From NCBI GenBank assembly GCA_016699875.1, contig CP064989.1:584788-648787 (forward strand): a stretch of DNA of 64,000 bases, read 5' to 3'. Position numbers and translations under genes: made by a program. The first letter of the stretch is position 1; the number at the start of each line of letters is the position of its first letter. The notes beneath the pieces were generated by a model. It worked only from the letters and a program-made list of their open reading frames with translations, did not search any database and was not told where the DNA came from. Source of the DNA: Candidatus Moraniibacteriota bacterium. Its GTDB lineage: Bacteria; Patescibacteriota; Minisyncoccia; Moranbacterales; UBA1568. Positions 38,024 to 45,219 of the stretch are shown here, one piece after another.

Positions 38024-38842
38024 CTATGCGCTGAACCGCTCCGTCCAATTTGGCTGAATATCTTGGCAATGCTTTCTGCCAAATGACCATATGAAACTGA
38101 AGAGTGATCGGAATGTCTCATATATTTCCTGGTTTTCTATAAGGACGCCGACGAGACTCTTTTCCGAGAAGGTGACGAAAGATACCTTCCCACTGTATAT
38201 ATTGACTTCGGTCTTGAAGGGGTATGCCTTGTGGTCAAGGAGAAGTATCTCGGTGACTTCGCTTGCTTGATAGCCCTTGAGAAACTCGAGAGCGGCCTCG
38301 GTGTTGGGAACGATAGCCTTTTCGTAAATACCGAGCCGATTTCTTTTTGGGGCGTAGTGTGCTTTGTTCCACTTTCGGAGTTCGGGAGACCCGATGTATC
38401 CGGCAAGATCTGAGAAAGTAAAAAGCTTTTTCTCCGGATTGTGATCGAGAGTATCCTCGAGAATTGTTTTGATGCCATCGATTCCTTCATACACCAAAAC
38501 ACCCGGTTTTCCTGAGACGAGGTTGTAATCGGAGATGATAGCCGGTAAAACGCCTTCAAGCGCGAGCTTGGCGTTTTTTGCTTCTTCTTCACGTCGTTCG
38601 GCGAGCTCTTTGAGTCTCAATGGGTGCCGTACTTCGAAGAGCGTGGTTTTTCCCGGCTCTTCTCGACGATCGATGAGTCCTGCTTCAGCGAGCTCATCGA
38701 GCACTTTGTACACGAGTCCGCGTTTCAGGGGCACGTCTTTGTGGAGTGCGCCTGCCGAAGAGGACCCCTTTTTGAGGAGCGCTTCATAGAGAATAGCTTG
38801 CTCCGGTCGAAGCCCGGCATGCTCGAGCGACTGACTGTACAT
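38024..38842 (-). CDS. TrmB-family winged-helix transcriptional regulator
   Basis: N-terminal wHTH 'PEQAILYEALLKKGSSSAGALHKDVPLKRGLVYKVLDELAEAGLIDRRE' plus a TrmB-like C-terminal domain. Confidence 0.6.
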   Translation of the reverse strand: MYSQSLEHAGLRPEQAILYEALLKKGSSSAGALHKDVPLKRGLVYKVLDELAEAGLIDRREEPGKTTLFEVRHPLRLKELAERREEEAKNAKLALEGVLPAIISDYNLVSGKPGVLVYEGIDGIKTILEDTLDHNPEKKLFTFSDLAGYIGSPELRKWNKAHYAPKRNRLGIYEKAIVPNTEAALEFLKGYQASEVTEILLLDHKAYPFKTEVNIYSGKVSFVTFSEKSLVGVLIENQEIYETFRSLFSFIWSFGRKHCQDIQPNWTERFSA

Positions 38843-38991
38843 AGGATAGTTTACAATATTTTGACACTTCTAGTGTAGCAAAATACCTGCGTATTGTCAA
38901 ATATCTGTGACTATATAATCGTATAAATAAGCCAATATTACGTTTGAAAGGAGCTATTTTCATGTATTATCAAATAACTTGCCACAAAGTA

Positions 38992-39020
38992 TTGACAAAC
39001 ACTGTTATCTGCGCTATACT
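38992..39020 (+). promoter_or_regulatory. Near-consensus sigma70 promoter (TTGACA, 17 bp, TATACT) with no protein-coding gene downstream
   Basis: TTGACA at 38992-38997; TATACT at 39015-39020. The downstream 700 nt have no protein-like ORF. Confidence 0.5.
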
Positions 39021-39026
39021 GTGGTG

Positions 39027-39200
39027 TCAAGCTGAAAGAGTAAGAGAGACAAGTTCATTTGACACTCCATGAACAAGACAGTGCTCGAAGGGTTTTCGAA
39101 AAGAGACCTGCAAGCGAGAGAAAGATATGGGCGAAGCCGGGCAGAGGAAACATAATTTTTCTACCATCTGTTCTCACTGATCCGGCACCTCCCACACCAC
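39027..39200 (+). ncRNA. Candidate small structured RNA of about 175 nt (5' end 'GUGGUGUCAA' complementary to both an internal 'UUGACACU' and a 3' 'CACACCAC')
   Basis: It starts just after the orphan promoter and has no coding potential (ORF 39059..39313 has non-protein-like composition). Family not identified; boundaries approximate. Confidence 0.25.
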
Positions 39201-39734
39201 TCGTTTGCACCTCTCTTTCCGGCAACGACCGAAAAGAAGTTCATTTCCGCTTCCACTTCGTTCGCGTGCATTTGATGCTTTCCTTCAAGAGGGATGGATC
39301 GGATGGAAGATAGGCGAATAAGGTGGGCGGAAGACAACACTGGAAAGAATCGGGCGAGACTCTGACTATTATAGAATGTATTTCTTCCAGTAGGAAATCA
39401 TTCCGGAGTCGCCGCGAGTAGAGGTGTGACGCGATTGTGCGCGGGAGGTGTTCTCGAAAGAGAACGCCATCGGATATGCCCAGCGAGGCACGTCAGAAAA
39501 CCGTGCGCCACCGTTCCTTCGAAAGGCGCCACGATTCGATCGCTCTCTTTGCGAGATCGACCGTAAATGGAAGATTAACCACCTTCGGTTTGCGGGAATC
39601 TCTTTGAGAGAAGAGCACTGGTTTTGTACCTCAACAATTCGATAAAACATGACGAACCGAAAGGAAGATTTCTTGCAAGATTTTGCTTCGGGCGGTTTTA
39701 GTCATGTTTTATCGCCCAAGCGAATCTTGCAAAA

Positions 39735-39758
39735 AGCATTTCTTCGGAAGTGCTTTTT
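39735..39758 (+). terminator. Rho-independent terminator with UUCG tetraloop
   Basis: 'gcatttc' / loop 'ttcg' / 'gaagtgc', then TTTTTT. Confidence 0.5.
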
Positions 39759-39826
39759 TGTTCTTTGGCATCCGCCAGTTGGCGGATAAGAAGTTCTTTG
39801 AAAAAAATCGAGTAGTAAGAAGTTCT

Positions 39827-39906
39827 GGCAGAAGTGTGTTTGTTTGCCTTGCAAATTTTCATCCTTGGAAAAAGGGGCAAGAAAAGTAAGCAAACACACT
39901 CCTGCC
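39827..39906. repeat. Long imperfect inverted repeat (16-nt arms, 15/16 complementary) around a 46-nt spacer, just upstream of the high-GC island gene
   Basis: 'ggcagaagtgtgtttg' (39827-39842) versus 'caaacacactcctgcc' (39891-39906). Confidence 0.45.
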
Positions 39907-39995
39907 AGAACACACGAATGTGTTATGGCGTTTCGGTCCAAGGCATTTCGCTGAGGACACTTGAAGCCCGACTAGACCCGGGCGAGGAAGATGTC

Positions 39996-41273
39996 ATGAC
40001 TACTACTAATGCGACCCGTTTTGCTGATTCAATTGCTCAAGAAGCTCAAGAGTATCTTTCCGGTGTAAGCCGGATTGGGATTCCTGGGACTTGGCGGGAT
40101 CTGACGAGTACCTACCACCTTTATTCTCCACGCGCGCATGCGCATGGGCTTGAGACGGCCATAAGTCGTCTCTCTGAGGAGGTAAAAGTACATGTTGGAT
40201 GGGGTGTTTGCCTTCCATACAACTATGGACCGAAACCAGAATGGCGGCGTCAGGATGCTCCGGAGAAGGTTGTCTTGGCAAAAGCCGAAATTAACTGGAT
40301 TCTGGGTGCTGCCCAGCTGGCCACCCAGTGGCCGGTAGCGGCGTTTATGTTCCATCGGTTTTTCCGGGATGGCATTGACGGCGGAAACGGGGTTAATTCT
40401 CCGTATAGCTGTCTTGCTCAGATTCCTGCTGGGGTTCATTCACCCGGCGCACTCGTGCGTCGGATGATGAAGATCAGGGCAAAAGCCTGGGTGCTCATGT
40501 CGACTTCGGTCGACGGGCTTCAGCCATCTTGGGCAGCTGTGGCTGTTGCGGCAGCTGGAAAGCTGCCAGTCAACAAAGCGGCAATAACTGTGTGGGCGAT
40601 GACACTGAAGAGTCCTCGCCTTGAGGGCAGTATCGTCAGCGAGTTGCGGCACTACCGCGCTGCTCGAAATTGGCTTTCCCGGAATCTCTGCTCTGCTCCG
40701 AGTCGCTCCGAGAATTTCGCCGCGTGGATTCGTGGTGAGATTCAGGAGGGATCTCGGGTCGAAACCGTGGAGGGTGTGCGAGCGATCGCGCGCCCAGAGC
40801 GGAGGGTGCGACACGGAATTTCGGTGCAGGAATGCGTTGAAATCCAAACCTCGCAGGATGGAAATCCGGCGGGGCGTGACTCAAGTCTTCTCGTTCGCAT
40901 TGGCGGGTTTGCGTATCATCAATCCACCTCGTGGTGGAGAAGTGACTACGACGATCCGAAACGTCAAGAAAGCAAGGTAATAAAGCGAGCTTTCGAGGCG
41001 CTTCGGCGTCATCGGGAAGCGCTCCGTGTCGAGGGCGTTTCTGAGGAAATTCAGAAAATGATCTCTAGTGGAAAACTTGAAATCCTTGTAACGCGCGAAC
41101 ATTCGTACTCCGCCGGAAACTGCCGGCAGGGAACGGAAAGCTTCGCGCGGCAACATGGCTATGTGGGGCGGTTGTACGCTCCGGCAACTGCCCTGTTGAA
41201 TTCAGGGAACTCGCGGGCGGTTGCCGCCGCTCGAGTCGCCATCCGTCAGTTCATGGAAGCGATGGCGGCGTAG
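39996..41273 (+). CDS. Hypothetical protein (425 aa, Arg/Ala/Trp-rich) encoded in a high-GC (about 60%) segment
   Basis: Single long ORF; SD-like 'GAGGAAG' 7 nt upstream. Strong GC shift relative to flanks. Many overlapping alternative-frame ORFs are high-GC artefacts. Confidence 0.55.
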   Translation: MTTTNATRFADSIAQEAQEYLSGVSRIGIPGTWRDLTSTYHLYSPRAHAHGLETAISRLSEEVKVHVGWGVCLPYNYGPKPEWRRQDAPEKVVLAKAEINWILGAAQLATQWPVAAFMFHRFFRDGIDGGNGVNSPYSCLAQIPAGVHSPGALVRRMMKIRAKAWVLMSTSVDGLQPSWAAVAVAAAGKLPVNKAAITVWAMTLKSPRLEGSIVSELRHYRAARNWLSRNLCSAPSRSENFAAWIRGEIQEGSRVETVEGVRAIARPERRVRHGISVQECVEIQTSQDGNPAGRDSSLLVRIGGFAYHQSTSWWRSDYDDPKRQESKVIKRAFEALRRHREALRVEGVSEEIQKMISSGKLEILVTREHSYSAGNCRQGTESFARQHGYVGRLYAPATALLNSGNSRAVAAARVAIRQFMEAMAA

Positions 41274-41474
41274 CAGTAAAGTAAAGAGGAAGTCAAACCT
41301 CTTAAAAAATTGGCTACGGATCGGAGTGTCTCCGTAAACAAACACTCCAAAAGGTTACAAAAGGGGAGGGGTATTCATGGTTGAAAACTCTTCCCCCGCT
41401 TTATCCGAAATGCAAGCAGAACGCTTGCTGGTCGGTAGAGTGATTTTTCCGAAAAATAGATAAAGGAGAGGGGA

Positions 41475-41651
41475 ATGCAAAATGAAAATCTTCCGAAGTG
41501 CCCGTATTGCGGGCGGCGGATGTGTGGAGCTCTGACGGGCTCCACTGTCTGCGAGCCGGACGGATATCGTCCGAATTACTCTCGGCAGGAAGTCGAAGCG
41601 CTTGCCAAGGATTGGCAGTATACCGTTAGTCCCGAGAGGATTCGGGACTAA
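41475..41651 (+). CDS. 58-aa zinc-ribbon-like mini-protein (CPYC-x4-C-x8-C)
   Basis: Strong SD 'AAAGGAGAGGGG' before ATG 41475; stop TAA at 41649-41651. Below the 60-aa ORF-track cutoff. Confidence 0.35.
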   Translation: MQNENLPKCPYCGRRMCGALTGSTVCEPDGYRPNYSRQEVEALAKDWQYTVSPERIRD

Positions 41652-42080
41652 CAAAAAACGGGCGCGCGTGCTCGAATTTTCACGCGCTTCGCGATAAGTT
41701 TTGAGGGTGCTTGTCGCGAATATGGTCAACCCTCTCTCAATCCAATTTTCAACTTGAAAAAGCTTGAGGGTTGGTAGATATCCCACACTATAAGTACAGC
41801 GTGCGGGACGGGAGAGTTCTTTGAAAGTTTACCATTAGGAAAGTCAGTAGTTTTTCTCTCGGGAAGGAGAAGAGAAAGAAAACAGTGGTGCAGCAGAGAA
41901 TGTTTTTACGATTCGTCGGCAAATCAAGTAAGGTGTTTTTGTTGCTAGTGACGAAATATTCGGCAGAAATGCCGGATGGGTAGAAACTTTTCTGCTGCAC
42001 CGCGGCAAATTTCTTTCATTCTCTTCTCGCTCGCCATGGGTGTGGAGGGATTCAATCAATCCTTGAAAAAGGAGAAAGAC

Positions 42081-42452
42081 ATGAATAAGAAACTGACAGT
42101 TGTTTGTGGTAAAGAATACAGATACTCCGATTACAACGGGGGATTCTCGAAGCGAGTTGAAATATCTGTCGAAGTTACGGCAGGATTCATTCTCAGGGTA
42201 GGGATAAAAATAAAGGATATTCATATAAGGCTAGGAGAAGACAGGTGGCATGTTCTTGAAAGGGAATTCGTCCATATTCCACTAAGGGAAGTGGAGAAAT
42301 GGCTGAAGGAAAATGCCCCGGTATGGTCCACAAGGAAGTGGCAAGCATGTCTCGAGGAAGTCAGGCGTCGCCAATGGAATGAGTTGCGGGGGTCGGAATC
42401 GGGATACGCCGGTAGCCTCCGCCATCCTGACAGCGAACGGCGTGGAGATTAA
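42081..42452 (+). CDS. Hypothetical protein (123 aa)
   Basis: Excellent SD 'AAAAAGGAGAAAGAC' directly before ATG 42081; high-GC island. Confidence 0.5.
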   Translation: MNKKLTVVCGKEYRYSDYNGGFSKRVEISVEVTAGFILRVGIKIKDIHIRLGEDRWHVLEREFVHIPLREVEKWLKENAPVWSTRKWQACLEEVRRRQWNELRGSESGYAGSLRHPDSERRGD

Positions 42453-42464
42453 GGAGATCTCCCA

Positions 42465-42845
42465 ATGAACGCCGCCGTCATGCAGAGATGTCGGGTAGCT
42501 GGGAGAGGCTGGAGCCTTGAGCAGGTTGCAAGGATCGCCTCCCTATTCATTCGGTGGAAACACTCGAACGAGTCGCTTGCGAAGCAGGATGCCTTTGTGA
42601 GCGCTGTCACCTTTGCGGTAACGGGGTGGCGACCTTCCCTCGGGAAGGGGCCGACGGTTCGGGAGTGGGCGGCGGCGAGAGTGTGTCGACCGTACTGGGA
42701 TGTGCGGTCGGCGATTGCTGTGCTGGTCGCCGAAGATGGTCCCATCTTCGGTCCCATCACTGACATTCATCGTCAGTGTTGGGCTGAGGAGGATTGCCTC
42801 GATGATGACCCGAGAGATGTTCGGGAGTTGTCGGGGCAAGGTTAG
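42465..42845 (+). CDS. Hypothetical protein (126 aa)
   Basis: SD 'TTAAGGAGATCTCCCA' before ATG 42465; followed by a terminator. Confidence 0.5.
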   Translation: MNAAVMQRCRVAGRGWSLEQVARIASLFIRWKHSNESLAKQDAFVSAVTFAVTGWRPSLGKGPTVREWAAARVCRPYWDVRSAIAVLVAEDGPIFGPITDIHRQCWAEEDCLDDDPRDVRELSGQG

Positions 42846-42883
42846 TTCTTTTTCGCGCCGGGGTCGCGAGGTTAATGGTTCAA

Positions 42884-42923
42884 GGTTCCGATACTCCGGG
42901 TCGGAACCTTTTTTGTTTATTTT
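42884..42923 (+). terminator. Rho-independent terminator ending the high-GC island operon
   Basis: 8-bp stem 'ggttccga'/'tcggaacc', 9-nt loop, then 'TTTTTTGTTTATTTT'. Confidence 0.6.
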
Positions 42924-43036
42924 AATTCACGAATGATTTTCGGATGTATAGAGTCGGGAGGGTATTATAAGAAAATCCGCCTGAGGCGGAGAAAAGTTTT
43001 TTGAAAATGCGGGAATGATGATATGGATGTGACACG

Positions 43037-43648
43037 TTAAGCGATACTTGCTTTTACGAGGAAGTCGCGCACGGTTTCGTCTGGTGTTTCGAAACCCGGG
43101 AGGTAAGAAACGGATTCGGAATAATCGATATCGTCGAAATATGCAAGCTGTTCGCGGAGGATTTTTTCGTTGAATTCGTTTCCAAACATTTCCCGAGTTT
43201 TTATCATGATATCGGTGAGAGAGGAATGATCTCTCAAGATGAAGTAAAGATCGACGTAGTCTTTCCATTTGGCACGGCGACCCAGGGCGAAGAGTTTCAT
43301 GGCGCCGAGCGTTTGGAGATTTGGCATGCGAAGTGTTGACTCGAACGATTCGGAAAAGTCGAGCGCATACGGATAACGAAGAAATGTAATCCGAACACCG
43401 CCAACAAGCGCTTCATACTGATCGAGTTCGTCCACAAAAACGCGTTCGATGGGAGCGAATGACCGAAGTTTTGATGTGATAGCAGTGTTGTCGAACGGTG
43501 ATATGGAAAACAAATCGAAGTCGATCGATCGCCGATGTCCGATAATGTAGGCAATTGCCGTTCCTCCAACCAAACCGAATTTTGAAGAAAAAACGGAGAG
43601 TGATGGTAGGATATTTCGCTGGGTAGCTTCAAGGATTTCGGGGTGCAT
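43037..43648 (-). CDS. AbiEii/AbiGii-family (DUF1814) nucleotidyltransferase toxin
   Basis: 'KFGLVGGTAIAYIIGHRRSIDFDLFS' matches the AbiEii NTase core (GGTAL...R.S.DIDF). The track ORF extends to 43876, but Met 43648 gives the typical ~200-aa size and a 20-nt overlap with the upstream small ORF. Confidence 0.55.
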   Translation of the reverse strand: MHPEILEATQRNILPSLSVFSSKFGLVGGTAIAYIIGHRRSIDFDLFSISPFDNTAITSKLRSFAPIERVFVDELDQYEALVGGVRITFLRYPYALDFSESFESTLRMPNLQTLGAMKLFALGRRAKWKDYVDLYFILRDHSSLTDIMIKTREMFGNEFNEKILREQLAYFDDIDYSESVSYLPGFETPDETVRDFLVKASIA

Positions 43649-43895
43649 GAGTGTCGAAGTAGAGAGTGAAGAAATGCCGGGTCTTCGAGGAGTAGTTTGA
43701 TCGAGGGCTGGAAACTTGTTCGCGGAAGACTCGTGCGGCGGATTCCATACCGACAAGCCGGAGCATTTCCTGGACATCATCCCAGTTTCCGGAGGTGAGT
43801 GTTGCTTCGATAATAGCTTCGTCGGACAGGTGAGTCGGGTCGTCGGTCCACCAGACAAAATACGGGCGATTCGCAATGAAGTTTTGGAGGCTCAT
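43629..43895 (-). CDS. Putative cognate antitoxin/partner of the AbiEii-like NTase (88 aa)
   Basis: Small upstream ORF overlapping the toxin start by 20 nt. No direct motif match. Confidence 0.3.
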   Translation of the reverse strand: MSLQNFIANRPYFVWWTDDPTHLSDEAIIEATLTSGNWDDVQEMLRLVGMESAARVFREQVSSPRSNYSSKTRHFFTLYFDTHAPRNP

Positions 43896-44029
43896 AGCTT
43901 TATTCTAGCAAAAAAACAGCCTTTCGGCAAAGAGAAATTGAGGACAATTTCTTAGTTGCCGCATCGTATGTGAACAAGTACAGCGTTTTTCTTTGCATTC
44001 TTCTGCTTGGCGGGGTAGACTTTTGAGGT

Positions 44030-44641
44030 ATGGCACAGCAGTCACAATCCGATGCTCGTGAGACGAAACCGGTTTTGCCAGAGCATGTGCCGAGTGCGGT
44101 TGAGCAATTGGCTGACCGGGCGGCGAAGTGGATCGGCTCGGTGCCGTCGCTTCTTGCACACTCGGCGTTCTTTGTCGGGTCGTTCTCACTCTTTTTCTTT
44201 GGGGTTTCTCTCGATCACATTCTCCTCCTCCTCACGACGGTCGTGTCGCTCGAGGCGATTTATCTTGCCATCTTTATTCAAATGACCGTGAATCGCCACT
44301 CGGAAAATATCGAAGGGGTTCGGGAGGATATTGAAGACATTCAAGAAGATGTCGAAGATATTTCCGAAGATATTGAAGACATTCAAGAAGATGTCGAAGA
44401 AATCGGCGAAGATGTGGAAGGGATTCAGAAGGAGGTGGAAGAAATCGGAGACGATGTCGAAGATATTCAGAAAGACGTCGATGACATTCAAGAAGATGTG
44501 GAAGACATTTCCGATGATATCGAGAAAGAGGACTCGGAAGAAGATCGCGAACGACGCTCGACTGATGAGAAATTGGAAAAGATAGAAAGCGCGCTCCAGT
44601 CGCTTGTACGTGATATAGAAAGGTTGCGGAGGAGAGAATAA
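44030..44641 (+). CDS. DUF1003-family membrane protein with a C-terminal acidic heptad-repeat (coiled-coil) tail
   Basis: 'LADRAAKWIGSVPSLLAHSAFFVGSFSLFFFGVSLDHILLLLTTVVSLEAIYLAIFIQMTVNR' is the DUF1003 core. It is followed by about 10 units of 'EDxEDIQ'. Confidence 0.6.
   Translation: MAQQSQSDARETKPVLPEHVPSAVEQLADRAAKWIGSVPSLLAHSAFFVGSFSLFFFGVSLDHILLLLTTVVSLEAIYLAIFIQMTVNRHSENIEGVREDIEDIQEDVEDISEDIEDIQEDVEEIGEDVEGIQKEVEEIGDDVEDIQKDVDDIQEDVEDISDDIEKEDSEEDRERRSTDEKLEKIESALQSLVRDIERLRRRE
44303..44524 (+). repeat. About 10.5 tandem 21-bp repeats (consensus gaagatgtcgaagatattcaa) encoding heptads inside the DUF1003 gene
   Basis: Units at 44324, 44345, 44366, 44387, 44408, 44429, 44450, 44471, 44492 and so on, seen directly. 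Confidence 0.8.
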
Positions 44642-44709
44642 TATGTTAGAGTGCGCGGCAGGATTGATGTACAAGGAGTTCTTTTTTTAAGAATGGCTTT
44701 GCGGAGGTA

Positions 44710-45015
44710 TTGCTCATGGGCATTTCCGAGGTAGATTTGAAAAAAGCTTTGGAGATCGTTCCGGAAGAGGAACGGCAAATAGTGTGCGGTGAGCTTTTGA
44801 TGATGTTGCTGGCCGCTTTGCGTCAGCAATTTTCTGAGGGAGACCACATTCTTTCTGAGGAAGTTGGTCGATTGCTTGAGCAAAAGATTATGACGTCGGT
44901 TTCGGACGCGCTCGTTTCGTGTTTCGAATTGGATACGCTCTTGCCTGGTCTTTCTCATGTTAATCCGCTGGATGTTCGGCGAGAGGCTCTCGTCCTGGGA
45001 CAATTGATTGCATGA
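44710..45015 (+). CDS. Hypothetical small protein (101 aa)
   Basis: ORF with plausible composition; no motif. Confidence 0.4.
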   Translation: MLMGISEVDLKKALEIVPEEERQIVCGELLMMLLAALRQQFSEGDHILSEEVGRLLEQKIMTSVSDALVSCFELDTLLPGLSHVNPLDVRREALVLGQLIA

Positions 45016-45172
45016 ATCATGAGATTCAAGAGCTGGTCTATTATTCTGGCAAGAAAGCGGTGGAGAGTGTTGAATCTCCACCTGTTCAAGATCTCCGGAC
45101 AGACATGGGAAGGAAAGTAGGTAGGACCATGAGGCAATGAAATTAAAGGGTGCTTAACGTTGATTTACAAAA

Positions 45173-45204
45173 CCCCCTTCGGGATCGAAGGGGGCGTTTT
45201 TTTT
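45173..45204. terminator. Bidirectional Rho-independent terminator between convergent genes
   Basis: Perfect 8-bp stem 'cccccttc'/'gaaggggg', loop 'gggatc', T8 on the plus strand. Confidence 0.7.
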
Positions 45205-45219
45205 GCAAATGAAGAAAAG

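Noticed and set aside
39059-39313. 84-aa plus-strand ORF after the orphan promoter
   Set aside because: Non-protein-like composition (Pro/Arg/Ser-rich, no hydrophobic core); more consistent with ncRNA.
40006-40980. Several 80-136-aa ORFs on both strands (40006..40281, 40029..40439, 40440..40847, 40621..40980)
   Set aside because: All lie inside the 39996..41273 ORF in a 60% GC segment where stop codons are rare; Arg/Pro-rich artefacts.
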